A stretch of DNA of 64,000 bases from an uncultured Alphaproteobacteria bacterium (GCA_902523675.1 CABZAL010000006.1:5323-69322); one strand, 5' to 3'; counted from the first letter of the stretch, positions 1 to 11,921 are shown. Notes: generated by a model not told the origin, from the sequence alone. Program-made: numbers and translations.

Positions 1-1269
1 TAGCTTCATTACAGCACCTAAATATTGATCTGGCAACAAGATTGTTGCACTAATGAATGGTTCACTTATGTTTTTAATATGGGATATATCTGGCAAGTTA
101 GACGGATTATCAACATCAATGATTTCTCCATTAGTTTTTTCAATTTCATAAACCACCGAAGGTGATGTTGTCATCAAATTTATATTAAACTCTCTACTTA
201 ATCTTTCTTGTATTATCTCTAAATGTAAAAGTCCTAAAAATCCACATCTAAAACCTAAACCTAAGGCCGCAGATGTCTCTGGTTCAAAAGAAAAACTTGC
301 ATCATTCAAGCGCAGCTTACCTAAACTGTCTTTCAAAACATCATAATCATCTGCATCAATTGGATATAATCCACAAAACACAACTGGTATACTTGGTTTA
401 AACCCTGGCAATGATTTTTCAGTAGGTTTTAAATCATCAGTTATTGTGTCACCAACCTTACAATCTGAAACATGTCTTATGCCAGCAGTAAAAAAACCAA
501 TTTCTCCAACTTGTAATTCATTTATATAATTGATTTTTGGTGTAAAAAAACCACATTTTTCTACTGAATAATTTGCCTGTGTGCCCATCATTCTGATTTT
601 CATACCCTTTTTTAAAGTTCCTGATTTAATCCTTACTAATATAATCACTCCTAAAAAAGCGTCATACCAACTGTCGATAAGAAGAGCTACTAAGGAAGAG
701 GAATCAAACAAACAAGGAGCTGGAAGTTTTAAAATTATATCTTCAAGTACTTTTTCAATTCCTTGACCTGTTTTTGCAGAAACTTCAATCGCTTGTGATG
801 CGTCAATACCAATGACATCCTCAATTTGCTTTTTAACTCTTTCAGGTTCAGCTGATGGTAAATCAATCTTATTTAAAATTGGAATTATTTCATGATTATT
901 ATCTATTGCCTGATAAACGTTTGCTAATGTCTGAGCTTCAACCCCCTGACTAGCATCAACAACCAACAAAGAACCCTCACATGCAGCAAGAGACCGGCTT
1001 ACCTCATATGAAAAATCAACGTGACCAGGGGTATCCATGAGATTAAAATTATAGATCAAATTATCTTTAAATTTATATTGTAAATAAACTGTTTGAGCTT
1101 TAATAGTAATTCCTCTTTCCCTTTCAATGTCCATAGAATCTAAAACCTGTTGTTTCATTTCTCTTTCAGATAAGCCACCACAGGTTTGAATAATTCTATC
1201 AGCTAGAGTTGACTTGCCATGATCAATGTGTGCAATAATTGAAAAATTTCTAATTTTTTCGATTGTCAT
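1..1269 (-). CDS. lepA: Elongation factor 4 (LepA), 3' end runs off the window
   Basis: Manual translation from ATG at 1269: [25 protein letters not shown]... with DTPGHVDF and [11 protein letters not shown] motifs; absent from the ORF track. Confidence 0.97.
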   Translation of the reverse strand, partial: MTIEKIRNFSIIAHIDHGKSTLADRIIQTCGGLSEREMKQQVLDSMDIERERGITIKAQTVYLQYKFKDNLIYNFNLMDTPGHVDFSYEVSRSLAACEGSLLVVDASQGVEAQTLANVYQAIDNNHEIIPILNKIDLPSAEPERVKKQIEDVIGIDASQAIEVSAKTGQGIEKVLEDIILKLPAPCLFDSSSLVALLIDSWYDAFLGVIILVRIKSGTLKKGMKIRMMGTQANYSVEKCGFFTPKINYINELQVGEIGFFTAGIRHVSDCKVGDTITDDLKPTEKSLPGFKPSIPVVFCGLYPIDADDYDVLKDSLGKLRLNDASFSFEPETSAALGLGFRCGFLGLLHLEIIQERLSREFNINLMTTSPSVVYEIEKTNGEIIDVDNPSNLPDISHIKNISEPFISATILLPDQYLGAVMKL

Positions 1270-1270
1270 A

Positions 1271-3679
1271 TTAGGCTCTTAGTTTAGCATGACAATTAGT
1301 TTCAACATTATTGATTATCTTCGATGAAATTAAATCAATCTCATCATCTGTGAGTGTTTTTTCTTTTGATTGTATGATCACCTCAACCGCAAGTGCTTTT
1401 TTATTTTTTCCTACTTCCTCACCACTAAAGAAATCGAAAATTTTTATACTTTTTATTAATTCTTTGTCTACTTTTTTTATTATATTAGTAATTTGACTTG
1501 AAAGTATTTCTTCATCTAAAATAAAAGAAAAATCCCTCGTTATTGCTTGATATTGTGAAACATCTAAATCAGGTCTGGAGATTTTTTTTCTTTTAACAAA
1601 ACTCATAATATTATCAAAATTTAATTCAAACCCTACTAAGTCTGAAGCTATATCAAATTGATTGAGTAAATTTGGATGTAAAACTCCAAAGAATCCGATT
1701 AATACACTTCCTATCTTCACTCTTCCACTTTTACGTGGATGAAAATGTTGAGGTATTTCTAAGTTATCAATAGTTATATTATTTTCATCGAAATTACATA
1801 CGCCCAAAATATTTAAAATATCAACTTTTATATCATATAAATCTACCGATCTTTTTTTTTGCAACCATTCCTTTTTTGCGCATTCTCCTGATCTTAGACC
1901 AGATATTAACTCTGTTTGTTCTCCAGGAGAGAATCCGTTGAATACTGGTCCAATTTCAAATATTGAAATATCTAGATATCCTCTATTAAAATTTTTTTTA
2001 AACGCACTCATAAGATTTATTAATAAACTTTTTCTCATACATGAGAGTTCAGAACTTATTGGATTGTCAATTTTAATAATTTTTCCAAAAAATTTAAAAA
2101 AATTTGAACTTTTTTCGTCCACAAATGACCACGTTTTAAGTTCACACATACCTGTTGATACTAAAGTTCTACAAATCATTTTTTTGTATTGTTGAGATAA
2201 AGAAGTAACCTTTTTATTTAGGCTGCTTACTAATGTCATTGGGGCATCATTGATATTTTCATATCCATATAATCTAGCTATTTCTTCAATTATATCTTCT
2301 TTTATATTCAAGTCGTGTCTCCATGAAGGAGGAGAAACTTTTAAGTCACTTTCCGAGATATCTAAATTGCACCCCAAAAGTATTAATTTTTCCTCAATAA
2401 ATTTTGGATCAATCTTTAAGCCAAGTAATTTTTCAAAATCAAAAAAATTTAAAGTAATTATTTTTTCATTTATTTTAGTTTCTTTGTAACCAATAATTTG
2501 ACTGAATTCTCCTCCACAAAATTTTTTAACCATATCTGAAGCGTAATGAATTCCGTCAATTGTTGAATATGGATCGATCCCTCTCTCAAAACGATACCTA
2601 GCATCACTATCAATTAGTAATTTCCTTCCTGCCCATGAAATTTTTGATGGATTGAAATAGGCTGATTCAATTAAAATATTCTTCGTTTCAAAATTACATG
2701 CTGTTCTGTCTCCTCCCATAATGCCTGCTAAACTAATTATTCCTGAATCATCACAAATGACAATCATTCCTTTTTCAAGTTTGTAAGTTACACCGTCGAG
2801 GCCTTTAAATGATTCATTATCTAAAGAATGTCTGATAACAATTTTTCCAACAATCTTGTCATAATCAAAAACATGTAAAGGTCTACATTTATCAAAAGTA
2901 ATAAAATTTGTGATGTCTACTAGTGGAGAAATTATTTTTATGCCACAATTTTCAAACCTTTTTTCATATCCATTAAATAAACCATCATTTTTTACATTTT
3001 TTACTACCCTTAATAAAAATTGTGGACAGTCTGAATTTTCAATATTATTGGTAATTTTGAAATCGGATTCAAAATCATTTCTAATAAGGCATTTTTCTTT
3101 TAGTTTAAGTTTTCCAAGTCCTGCTGCAGCTAAATCTCGGGCTATTCCAAACACGCCTGCACAGTCAGGTCTATTTGGTGTTATAGAAATCTCAAAGACT
3201 ATCAACTCCTCGTCGATACACTCCGAAAAACTACTACCTATTTCTTGTTTATCATCTAACTCAATAATTCCATTTGAATCACTTCCAATTCCCAATTCTT
3301 GTTCAGAGCAAAGCATGCCAAAAGAATCAAGGTTTCTAATTTTTCCTTTTTTTATTTTTATTTTTTGCCCATTTTTTTGTATTGGTAATTCAGTCCCAAT
3401 TGGAGCTATTACAGTAATTAATCCTTTTTTTGCATTAGACGCACCGCAAACTACTTGTAAAGTTTCTTTTCCATTATCAACATTACAGACATTTAGTCTG
3501 TCAGCCTCAGGATGTTTTTCAATATCTATAATTTTGCAAACTAAAAAACTATCCAACGATTCGAAAGGATTATTCACGGTTTCTACCTCTAGGCCGATGC
3601 TAGTTAATTTTTCAGATATTTCAGAAAATTTACAATTCAAATCTAGATGTTCTCTCAGCCATTTTAATGAAAATTTCAT
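1271..3679 (-). CDS. pheT: Phenylalanine-tRNA ligase beta subunit
   Basis: [39 protein letters not shown] motifs; follows pheS. Confidence 0.98.
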   Translation of the reverse strand: MKFSLKWLREHLDLNCKFSEISEKLTSIGLEVETVNNPFESLDSFLVCKIIDIEKHPEADRLNVCNVDNGKETLQVVCGASNAKKGLITVIAPIGTELPIQKNGQKIKIKKGKIRNLDSFGMLCSEQELGIGSDSNGIIELDDKQEIGSSFSECIDEELIVFEISITPNRPDCAGVFGIARDLAAAGLGKLKLKEKCLIRNDFESDFKITNNIENSDCPQFLLRVVKNVKNDGLFNGYEKRFENCGIKIISPLVDITNFITFDKCRPLHVFDYDKIVGKIVIRHSLDNESFKGLDGVTYKLEKGMIVICDDSGIISLAGIMGGDRTACNFETKNILIESAYFNPSKISWAGRKLLIDSDARYRFERGIDPYSTIDGIHYASDMVKKFCGGEFSQIIGYKETKINEKIITLNFFDFEKLLGLKIDPKFIEEKLILLGCNLDISESDLKVSPPSWRHDLNIKEDIIEEIARLYGYENINDAPMTLVSSLNKKVTSLSQQYKKMICRTLVSTGMCELKTWSFVDEKSSNFFKFFGKIIKIDNPISSELSCMRKSLLINLMSAFKKNFNRGYLDISIFEIGPVFNGFSPGEQTELISGLRSGECAKKEWLQKKRSVDLYDIKVDILNILGVCNFDENNITIDNLEIPQHFHPRKSGRVKIGSVLIGFFGVLHPNLLNQFDIASDLVGFELNFDNIMSFVKRKKISRPDLDVSQYQAITRDFSFILDEEILSSQITNIIKKVDKELIKSIKIFDFFSGEEVGKNKKALAVEVIIQSKEKTLTDDEIDLISSKIINNVETNCHAKLRA

Positions 3680-3680
3680 A

Positions 3681-4751
3681 TCATTCCCAATTTAAGTCAG
3701 GGTAATTAAAGAATGAGAATCCATAGTGATTTAACCACCTTAAGTCATTATCAAAAAAGTCTCTTAAATCTGGCATGCCATATTTAAGCATACATAATCT
3801 TTCAATTCCAACACCAAAAGCAAATCCAGAGGTTTCTTTATTTTCTAAATTACACGCTTTAAATACATTTGGGTGAACCATACCACACCCTAGAATTTCC
3901 ATCCAGTCGTTACCTTCGCCTAAATAAATTTTATTATTTTTCCTAAAACAATTTATATCAACTTCTGCAGAAGGTTCTGTAAAAGGAAAAAAAGAAGGTC
4001 TAAACCTTAATTTTAAATCCTTTTTTTGGAAAAAAATATTACAAAACTGGGTGATAAACCATTTTAAGTTGGAAAAGCTTATATTTTTATCTACTATCAG
4101 ACCTTCTACTTGATGAAACATAGGTGTATGTGTTATGTCAGAGTCACACCTATATGTTCTTCCAGGTGCAAAAATTTTGATTGGTAAATTTGAGTCTTTT
4201 AGAGAACGTATTTGTACTGGTGATGTATGAGTTCTGAGAACATTTTTTTTTTCTTCTTTTGAACTTATATAAAAAGTGTCGTGCATTTCTCTTGCTGGAT
4301 GATTCTCAGGAATATTTAAAGCTGTAAAATTATGAAAATCGTCTTCTACATCTGGTCCTTCAACATATCTTAGACCCATAGAACCAAGAATAGAAACAAT
4401 TTCTTCAATCGTTTGAGTAATTGGATGAACTCTTCCTGAATTTAATATATTTTGCCTAGTTGGCATTGTCGGATCTGAAAATTCAACTTTTATCTTATTT
4501 TCAATTTCTTTTTTTTTAAAAAAATCCTTCCTCTCCAAAATGAGTTCTGAAAATTCACGTTTAAATAAATTTAATTGTTTACCAATTGTTTGTTTGCCTT
4601 CGGCATCTAAAGACGAAAGTTTTTTCATCTCATTATTTATTAATCCATTTTTCCCGAAGTATTTAACTTTTATCTTCTCTAGACTTTCGATCGAATTAGA
4701 TTTTAAGACTTCATTTTTAGCTGAAAGAATAACATCTCCGAAATTCGTCAT
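3681..4751 (-). CDS. pheS: Phenylalanine-tRNA ligase alpha subunit
   Basis: HPAREMHDTFY, LRTHTSPVQ, RFRPSFFPFTEPS, GFAFGVGIERL. Confidence 0.98.
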   Translation of the reverse strand: MTNFGDVILSAKNEVLKSNSIESLEKIKVKYFGKNGLINNEMKKLSSLDAEGKQTIGKQLNLFKREFSELILERKDFFKKKEIENKIKVEFSDPTMPTRQNILNSGRVHPITQTIEEIVSILGSMGLRYVEGPDVEDDFHNFTALNIPENHPAREMHDTFYISSKEEKKNVLRTHTSPVQIRSLKDSNLPIKIFAPGRTYRCDSDITHTPMFHQVEGLIVDKNISFSNLKWFITQFCNIFFQKKDLKLRFRPSFFPFTEPSAEVDINCFRKNNKIYLGEGNDWMEILGCGMVHPNVFKACNLENKETSGFAFGVGIERLCMLKYGMPDLRDFFDNDLRWLNHYGFSFFNYPDLNWE

Positions 4752-4766
4752 GAAACTTTTATTTAA

Positions 4767-5120
4767 TTATTTACTTGCTTGAATTTTATCAATAATATTT
4801 TTAAAAACTTTTGGCTCTCGAGCAGCAAGATCTGCTAATATTTTTCTGTTAAAATTAAGATTTAATTTTTTTAACCCATTCACAAAGCTTGAATATTTTA
4901 ATCCATGCAAACGACAACCAGCATTTATTCTTTGTATCCACAAACTTTTAAATACTCTTTTTTTGACTTTTCTATCTCTATAAGCATATTGGGCTGATTT
5001 TTCAACGGCTTGATTAGCGGCACGGAATGTGTTTTTTCTTCTTCCGTAAAAGCCCTTTGCTTGTTTGATAATTTTTTTGTGTCTTGATCTTGTTGTTACA
5101 CCAGACTTAACTCTTGACAT
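4767..5120 (-). CDS. rplT: 50S ribosomal protein L20
   Basis: [30 protein letters not shown]. Confidence 0.98.
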   Translation of the reverse strand: MSRVKSGVTTRSRHKKIIKQAKGFYGRRKNTFRAANQAVEKSAQYAYRDRKVKKRVFKSLWIQRINAGCRLHGLKYSSFVNGLKKLNLNFNRKILADLAAREPKVFKNIIDKIQASK

Positions 5121-5131
5121 TTTCTTACTCT

Positions 5132-5332
5132 TTAAATTTTGGTATTCATATATTTTTTTACAATATTACTATCTTGCTTTGACATAATGATAGGACCTTT
5201 AGCATTTCTTTTCATCTTTTTTGATTTTTGTGATAAGTTATGTCTTTTGTTACTTGCATACATTACAACTTTTCCAGTTGAGGTAACTTTAAACCTCTTC
5301 TTAGTTCCACTTTTTGTTTTTAATTTTGACAT
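5132..5332 (-). CDS. rpmI: 50S ribosomal protein L35
   Basis: [15 protein letters not shown]; lies between infC and rplT. Confidence 0.97.
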   Translation of the reverse strand: MSKLKTKSGTKKRFKVTSTGKVVMYASNKRHNLSQKSKKMKRNAKGPIIMSKQDSNIVKKYMNTKI

Positions 5333-5407
5333 AAAATTTCAATATAAATATTGTTAGTTTTAACTTATAAAGATTTTTAAAATCAAATCAAGAGAGATTT
5401 AATAAAA

Positions 5408-5935
5408 TCACTTAGGAGCTATGATCATGGTCATCTGTCTACCTTCTAATTTTGGCACTTGCTCAATTTTCGCTAAAGATTCGATTTCTTTTTCAAGTTT
5501 TTGTAAAATTTCCATACCTTTTTGATGATATGCCATTTCTCTTCCTCTAAATCTAAGGGTAATCTTAACCTTATCTCCTGAACCTAGAAATCTTTGAATT
5601 GATTTAAGCTTTACGCCATAGTCATGGTCTTCAATTCCAGGTCTTAGCTTAACTTCTTTAACTTCAAAAGTTTTTTGTTTCTTCTTTGCTTCAGCTAATT
5701 TCTTTTGGAGTTGATATTTGTATTTACCGTAGTCGATAATCTTACAAACAGGAGGTTTTGCATTCGGGGAAACTTCCACTAAGTCTAATCCTAATTCTGA
5801 GGCTTTTTTTAATGCATCTTCGATTTTCAGTACACCCAGCATTTCTCCATTTTCAAGTACTACTCTCACCTCAGCCGAAGAAATAGATTCGTTAATAGCC
5901 GGTCCACGATTATTGGTGCGGCTTACCTTATTCAT
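5408..5935 (-). CDS. infC: Translation initiation factor IF-3
   Basis: LDLVEVSPNAKPPVCKIIDYGKYKY, RFRGREM. Confidence 0.98.
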   Translation of the reverse strand: MNKVSRTNNRGPAINESISSAEVRVVLENGEMLGVLKIEDALKKASELGLDLVEVSPNAKPPVCKIIDYGKYKYQLQKKLAEAKKKQKTFEVKEVKLRPGIEDHDYGVKLKSIQRFLGSGDKVKITLRFRGREMAYHQKGMEILQKLEKEIESLAKIEQVPKLEGRQMTMIIAPK

Positions 5936-6004
5936 TTACCATCAATTTTATTTACCTATGATTTTTTCATTTATGTAATTCCCGAATTTTTTAAAATAAA
6001 GGCA

Positions 6005-7948
6005 TCAGTTGCTCACATTTTCAGAAATACTGCAAGAGTTTTTTATTTTTTTTAAAAAATCCTTTAAATCTAATACTTGTTGATCTTTTTTTCCGAGGGT
6101 TCTTAGAGACACAGTTTGTGTATCAATCTCTTTGTGGCCTGCAACTACAATAAATGGAATCTTTTTCACTGCATGTTCTCTGATTTTATAATTTATTTTT
6201 TCTTTTCTATCATCAATAATAGTTTCTATTCCTAGTAGTTTTAATTCATCATTAATAAGTTTGATATAATTTAAACAGTCATCATTAATATTTATAAGTG
6301 CTACTTGAGTAGGCGCTAACCAATTAGGTAGTTTGCCTGAAAAATTTTCAATTAGAATTCCTATAAATCTTTCAAACGAACCTAAGATTGCTCTATGAAG
6401 TATTACTGGTCTGTACTTTTGTCCATCTTCGCCTATGTAGGATGCATCTAATCTTTCTGGTAAAACAAAATCAACCTGAAGAGTACCACACTGCCAATCT
6501 CTTCCGATTGCGTCTTTTAAAACAAATTCAAGTTTAGGACCATAAAATGCTCCCTCTCCTTTGTTTAATTCATAAGAATATCCAGCCTCATTGATTGCTT
6601 CTCTTAATGCATTCTCAGCTTGATCCCAAACCCCATCTTCTCCTGCTCTGTTTTCTGGTCTATCAGCAAACTTGATTACCACCTCTTCAAAACCAAAATC
6701 CTTATAAACTTCCATTAGAAATTTACAGAATTTTTCTGTTTCTGAAACAATTTGTTCTTTTGTACAAAAAATGTGCGCATCATCTTGTGTAAATGCTCTC
6801 ACTCTCATCAAACCATGTAAAGCTCCGGAGGGTTCATTTCTGTGGCATGACCCAAACTCCGCCATTCGAATTGGTAGGTCTTTATAGCTTTTAATTCCTT
6901 GTCTAAAAATTTGAACGTGACATGGACAATTCATAGGCTTAATAGCTAAAGTTTTTTCTTCAGATTCACAAGTAAACATATATTCTCTAAATTTTTCCCA
7001 GTGCCCAGATTTTTCCCACAATGATCTATCTACTAGTTGAGGGGTGTTGACCTCATGATAACCATTCTTTTCTAACTTTTTTCTCATATAATTCATAATT
7101 TTTCTATATATTTTCCAACCCTTTTTGTGCCAAAAAACTGATCCCGCAGCATGCTCTTGAAAATGAAAAAGATCCAATTCTTTACCTACTTTTCTGTGAT
7201 CTCTTTTCTCAGCTTCTTCAATCATCATTAGATATTTATTTAATTCATTTTCATTCTTCCAAGCAGTTCCATAAATTCTTTGTAGCATTTCATTTTTGGA
7301 ATCACCTCTCCAATAAGCTCCTGAAAGTTTCGTTAATTTAAATGCTCCCACAAGATCTAGGGTTGGCAAATGAGGTCCATGACATAAATCAATAAATTGA
7401 GAATCTCCCTGGGTATAAATTTGGAAAGACTCAGTTTGTTTTGATTCTTCAATTATTTTAATTTTATAATCTTCGTTTCTATCTTTAAATAATGATATAA
7501 CTTCTTTTTTCGTATGAAGAGTTTTATAAATATTGGATTTCTCCAATACAATTCTTTTCATTTCTTTTTCAATTACTTCTAAATCTTCTAAAGAAATTGG
7601 TTTTTCGAACATCACATCGTAATAGAAACCATTTTCAATTGTTGGACCAATAGCTAATTTAGATTTGGGGTATAAATTTTTAATCGCTCTAGCAAGAACT
7701 TGAGCGGCAATTGTATGTCTCATTATTTCAAGACCTTCATCTGTACTGACGGTTATTATAGATATCTCACAATCTTTTAAAATTGGATCGGTTAAATCTT
7801 TTTGCTTTCCATCAATTTTTATAGCCACAGCTTGTTTGCTCAAACTTTTAGATATAGTTTTAGCAACATCATAACCAGAAAAACCACCAGGAAATATTTT
7901 TTTACTACCATCAGGAAAAGTTATTGAAATTTTTTTAGATCCATTCAT
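6005..7948 (-). CDS. thrS: Threonine-tRNA ligase
   Basis: TGS domain, DLCHGPH, KPMNCPCH, GEGAFYGPK, HRAILGSFERF. Confidence 0.98.
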   Translation of the reverse strand: MNGSKKISITFPDGSKKIFPGGFSGYDVAKTISKSLSKQAVAIKIDGKQKDLTDPILKDCEISIITVSTDEGLEIMRHTIAAQVLARAIKNLYPKSKLAIGPTIENGFYYDVMFEKPISLEDLEVIEKEMKRIVLEKSNIYKTLHTKKEVISLFKDRNEDYKIKIIEESKQTESFQIYTQGDSQFIDLCHGPHLPTLDLVGAFKLTKLSGAYWRGDSKNEMLQRIYGTAWKNENELNKYLMMIEEAEKRDHRKVGKELDLFHFQEHAAGSVFWHKKGWKIYRKIMNYMRKKLEKNGYHEVNTPQLVDRSLWEKSGHWEKFREYMFTCESEEKTLAIKPMNCPCHVQIFRQGIKSYKDLPIRMAEFGSCHRNEPSGALHGLMRVRAFTQDDAHIFCTKEQIVSETEKFCKFLMEVYKDFGFEEVVIKFADRPENRAGEDGVWDQAENALREAINEAGYSYELNKGEGAFYGPKLEFVLKDAIGRDWQCGTLQVDFVLPERLDASYIGEDGQKYRPVILHRAILGSFERFIGILIENFSGKLPNWLAPTQVALININDDCLNYIKLINDELKLLGIETIIDDRKEKINYKIREHAVKKIPFIVVAGHKEIDTQTVSLRTLGKKDQQVLDLKDFLKKIKNSCSISENVSN

Positions 7949-8004
7949 GTTAATTAATTTTTGGTTTGAGGTATGATATAATATTTTTTTATTTAATTTT
8001 GAAG

Positions 8005-8946
8005 TTAATTGTTTTTTTCTTCAAGTATAATTGATACAGTTTTATTTACGAGTGCTGAACATTCATTATTATAATTTAAAATAGTGACATGTTTACCTAG
8101 TGGAGCGCATAATTGTGGATTAGAAAATTTGGTGAAAAATACTACCAGTTTTCTTTTTGCTAGTGAGCATAGGTGCATTGCTCCAGTATCATTTCCTACA
8201 ATGCACAAAGAGTCTTTTGATAGAGAAGCCAACTTGCAAACATTAAGTTTTCCGCAAAAATTTATAATGTTAGGAAATTTTTTTTTAATTTCTTCGCATA
8301 ATTCTAATTCGTCGTTTGCACCTACAATTACAGAGTCAATTTTATGTTCCAATAATTTTTTTGCAACTTCAATAAAAACATCAATAGGAATTCTTTTATT
8401 CTTTCTTCTTGCAGAGCCTCCTACAACAAATATTACAAATGATTTCTTTTTTAAACTGTGTTTAAATTTGCTGTCAAATATCCATTTTTCTTCAAATTTA
8501 AAAAAATTTTTAATATTAGCTATTTTAAGTTGTTCTCTTTGTCTATCGATTGTGTGCATCAAGTCCCTATTAGGGTTAAAATGAAAATAATCTGAATCAT
8601 TGACAATACCTGACCATTTAGTAATCTTTTTATCGAAAAGATTACTATAACTAGAAGATCTGTTTGAGGTTTGTAAATCATATACACACATAAACTCTTT
8701 AGCATTTAAGTTCTTTTTTAATTTTATTTTGTCCAAGAAATAAAACATAGACCGTTTAATAACTATTATTTGATCAAACCAATTACTTCTTTCAGCAATA
8801 TCTTTATAAGCAATTTCTGTAATTAAAACTAATTTAGATTTTTTATGAAATTTTCTGATAGAGTACATTGCTGATAAAGACAATATAAAGTCTCCTAGAC
8901 CTCCAAATTTAACAATTAAAACTTTTTGATTTAATAAGATTTTCAT
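8005..8946 (-). CDS. Glycosyltransferase family 9 (heptosyltransferase-like)
   Basis: VKFGGLGDF, YDLQTS, VGNDTGAMHL motifs of GT9. Confidence 0.88.
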   Translation of the reverse strand: MKILLNQKVLIVKFGGLGDFILSLSAMYSIRKFHKKSKLVLITEIAYKDIAERSNWFDQIIVIKRSMFYFLDKIKLKKNLNAKEFMCVYDLQTSNRSSSYSNLFDKKITKWSGIVNDSDYFHFNPNRDLMHTIDRQREQLKIANIKNFFKFEEKWIFDSKFKHSLKKKSFVIFVVGGSARRKNKRIPIDVFIEVAKKLLEHKIDSVIVGANDELELCEEIKKKFPNIINFCGKLNVCKLASLSKDSLCIVGNDTGAMHLCSLAKRKLVVFFTKFSNPQLCAPLGKHVTILNYNNECSALVNKTVSIILEEKNN

Positions 8947-10081
8947 AAATTTTTGTTTCTTTTTTCAACATATCCACCATTTCAAATTTCTCTTTTATTC
9001 TTTTTCTAGCAAGATTTCCAATTTTATCTTTTTGATCTTGAGTTAATCTTACTACTTCCATAATTTTCATTGCCAAAATATCTGGATCATTTTCTTTTAC
9101 TAACCATCCAGTTTTTTTATTAATTACAATGTCCTTAGAACCACCAATGTCAGTTGCTATAATTGGTTTTCCCATTGCACTTGCTTCAGCTGAAACTCTT
9201 CCAAAAGCTTCAGGTTCAATCGAAGAAGAAATAACTACATCGGCAGTTGAATAAATTGATGGCATATCCGTTCGGTTTCCTAGACATAGCACATGACTTC
9301 CAATGTCTAGTTTTTTAATAAATTTTTTTATTTTTTTTAAATATCCTTTTCTGTTTTGTTCTGATCCGACAATCAACATCAAGAATTCAAAATCGGGATT
9401 GTTTAAAGTTAATATTTTAGCAGCTTCTATTGCAACTAGTTGTCCCTTCCATTCCGTTAATCTTCCCGGAAGCAAAATAATATGTTTTTGTTCATTTATA
9501 GATATCTCTTTTAAAAAAGACTCTTTTCTAGTCCTAGTAATTGCCTTTAAGTCAAAATATTTTGTATCTATTCCTCTATTGACAATCTTTATTTTTTTTA
9601 ATTTTTCAGGAAAAAATTTCTTTATTTGAGTGTTGATAAAATCTGATATTGCTATAATTACGTCACCCTCAGTCATAACGCCATTATATTTTCTTTTAAA
9701 AAAATTATTGTTTCCACTGTAAGTTCCATGGTAGGTCGTAATCAAAGGAATTCTAAACTTTTTAACAATTTTGTTAAAACAAAAAGCTGGCCATCTGCTC
9801 CTTATATGAATTAAATCTGGTTCAATGTGAAGAATAAGATCTACAAAATGCTTTCTTGCTCTAAAAAAATTTATTATACCTTTTTTATTTAAAGGTATTT
9901 TAAAATGTTCAACCCCCTTGTGTTTATATTTTTCAGACATGTCACCTCCAGATGAAACTATAATTGATCTATAACCTTTTTCTTTCAAAAATTTTGCTAT
10001 ATCAAGTGTTCCTCTTTCCACTCCACCTCCAGATTGTTCTAATGAGGGTAAAATTTGAATAATTGTCTTCATTGAATTCAT
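8909..10081 (-). CDS. Glycosyltransferase family 4
   Basis: GGVERGT, HIRSRWPA, EPEAFGRVSAEA (EX7E) motif. Confidence 0.9.
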   Translation of the reverse strand: MNSMKTIIQILPSLEQSGGGVERGTLDIAKFLKEKGYRSIIVSSGGDMSEKYKHKGVEHFKIPLNKKGIINFFRARKHFVDLILHIEPDLIHIRSRWPAFCFNKIVKKFRIPLITTYHGTYSGNNNFFKRKYNGVMTEGDVIIAISDFINTQIKKFFPEKLKKIKIVNRGIDTKYFDLKAITRTRKESFLKEISINEQKHIILLPGRLTEWKGQLVAIEAAKILTLNNPDFEFLMLIVGSEQNRKGYLKKIKKFIKKLDIGSHVLCLGNRTDMPSIYSTADVVISSSIEPEAFGRVSAEASAMGKPIIATDIGGSKDIVINKKTGWLVKENDPDILAMKIMEVVRLTQDQKDKIGNLARKRIKEKFEMVDMLKKETKIYENLIKSKSFNC

Positions 10082-10093
10082 ATTACTTTTTCC

Positions 10094-10957
10094 TCAATTT
10101 TTTAAAAGCTTAAAAATTTCATTTAGTCCAACTTTATAATCCTTTTTTCTTGGTCGCCAATTTAATTTATCTTTAAATTTCTTATTTGATACTCTTTTGT
10201 TTTCTGTATAAAAACTCCTTGTCATTTCTGAAACTTTCGAATCACTAAGTTCTATATACTTTGGTTTTTTCTTTTTTAAGAGTTCAAAAGCATATGATGT
10301 AACCTCATCGCTTGGACAAGGATAATCATCTGTTAAATTAAAAATCTCTCCTGGAGTAGGTTTTTTAATACTAAATTGAAGTGCAGTTGCAATATCTTCA
10401 ACGTGAATCCTTGAAAAAAATTGATCTTTTTTTTTTATAAAGTTTAAATTATCAGTATTAATTCTTTCAAAAATTGATCTTTTAGGACCGTAAATACCAG
10501 GTAATCTAAAAATATGAATGGGAAGTTTGTGCTCTGAAAAAAGGTTTAAATACTGTTTTTCAGCTGTTATTCTATTTAGTGACCTTTTATTTTTAGTCTT
10601 TAACTCTGATTTTTCATCCACCCAATTACCTCCATGGTCTCCATAAACACCAGTTGTCGACAAATATCCTAGCCATTTTAAAGAATTTAAATTTATTAAA
10701 TCTTTTTTTATATGATGGAAAGGTATATCCCCGTAATCGTTTGGAGGGATAGAATTTAAGATATGAGTTACATTTTGTAGGATTGAATTTTTATCATTTA
10801 AAAATTGTTGAAAAGCATATCTTTTTACAAACTCAAAATTAAAATACTTAATTTTAAAAGGTACTTGATTATGTACACCTATGATTTCAAATTTATTTTG
10901 AATTAAAGGGGTGAGAAATTCTGTGCAATATCCTGCTCCCAGAAAAAGCATCTTCAT
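10094..10957 (-). CDS. NAD-dependent epimerase/dehydratase (atypical SDR, YeeZ-like)
   Basis: LGAGY, YLSTTGVYGD, FRLPGIYGP, FSRIHVEDI. Confidence 0.85.
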   Translation of the reverse strand: MKMLFLGAGYCTEFLTPLIQNKFEIIGVHNQVPFKIKYFNFEFVKRYAFQQFLNDKNSILQNVTHILNSIPPNDYGDIPFHHIKKDLINLNSLKWLGYLSTTGVYGDHGGNWVDEKSELKTKNKRSLNRITAEKQYLNLFSEHKLPIHIFRLPGIYGPKRSIFERINTDNLNFIKKKDQFFSRIHVEDIATALQFSIKKPTPGEIFNLTDDYPCPSDEVTSYAFELLKKKKPKYIELSDSKVSEMTRSFYTENKRVSNKKFKDKLNWRPRKKDYKVGLNEIFKLLKN

Positions 10958-11853
10958 TTATGCTCTGCCATTATTCTTTCTCTAATCCAATCATAAGCTG
11001 GATGATTAGTTAACTCCTTGTGCCACACAATCTTTGTGTATCTTTTTTCTAATTCTAAAGGAAGTTCAACCATAGAAAAATTATATATGTTAGCTAGTCT
11101 CTTGGCAGTTTTAGAGGGTAATGTGAGTATTAAATCACTGTTTTTCAGAACATTCGGACATAAAGTAATTAAATCAATTCTGACAGCAATATTCCTTTCC
11201 AACTCCAACTGATTTAATGCTCTATCAACTGGCGATATTGGAGCGCCTGTTGGGGCAACCCTAAGATGTTTAGATGCTAAATATTGATCAATTGATAGTT
11301 TTTTTTCTTTAGAAAATTGATGCTCTTTTCTCATCATGCATAAAAATCTTTCTTCGAATAAAACTTTAGATCCGAATCTTGAAGGGATAGATTCAAATCT
11401 CCCTATAGCATAGTCGATTTCATTGAAGTCAAGAAGTTTTAAGGCATCACTACCTTGATCAGAAATTACCGATAGGCGAGAATTTGGAGAATTTTTTTCT
11501 AAGAAACTTACTAAATTAGGAAGAAGTAGTGGTCCGATGTCATCTGACATGGCTAATCGAAATAATTTTCTTGAAGATAAAGGGTCAAATTTTATATCCG
11601 TTAATGTTGATTCCAAACTAGATAAAGCAATTTGTATTGGTAATGAAAGTTCTACAGCTCTTGGAGTTGGTCTCATACCTTTTGGCCCTCTTATAAACAA
11701 CTCATCTTTCATTAAATACCTAAGCCTATTTAAAGCATTACTCATAGCTGGTTGTGTAATCCCAACTTTTGAACTGGCTTTAGTTACATTTCTTTCTTCA
11801 TACAAGGTTCTAAAAACTACTAAAAGATTAAGGTCAAATTTATTAATATTCAT
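10954..11853 (-). CDS. LysR-family transcriptional regulator (NodD/LeuO-like)
   Basis: DLNLLVVF..NVTKA..ITQPAMSNALNRLR..DELF..MRPTPRA HTH. Confidence 0.95.
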   Translation of the reverse strand: MNINKFDLNLLVVFRTLYEERNVTKASSKVGITQPAMSNALNRLRYLMKDELFIRGPKGMRPTPRAVELSLPIQIALSSLESTLTDIKFDPLSSRKLFRLAMSDDIGPLLLPNLVSFLEKNSPNSRLSVISDQGSDALKLLDFNEIDYAIGRFESIPSRFGSKVLFEERFLCMMRKEHQFSKEKKLSIDQYLASKHLRVAPTGAPISPVDRALNQLELERNIAVRIDLITLCPNVLKNSDLILTLPSKTAKRLANIYNFSMVELPLELEKRYTKIVWHKELTNHPAYDWIRERIMAEHK

Positions 11854-11863
11854 AAAAGAAATG

Positions 11864-11895
11864 ATATAGTATTTTAATATTATTTAATACTATAT
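11864..11895. promoter_or_regulatory. Inverted repeat in the lysR/uppP divergent promoter region; candidate operator
   Basis: ATATAGTATT-N12-AATACTATAT perfect 10-bp arms; the AT-rich context lowers significance. Confidence 0.4.
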
Positions 11896-11921
11896 AATAA
11901 AAATATAATATATGCTACGAT

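Noticed and set aside
2910-3695. 261-aa plus-strand ORF and the many other antisense ORFs in the track (e.g. 8084, 14654, 19917, 23064, 36987, 63523)
   Set aside because: They lie opposite well-conserved genes and have the F/S/I/L-rich composition expected of shadow frames
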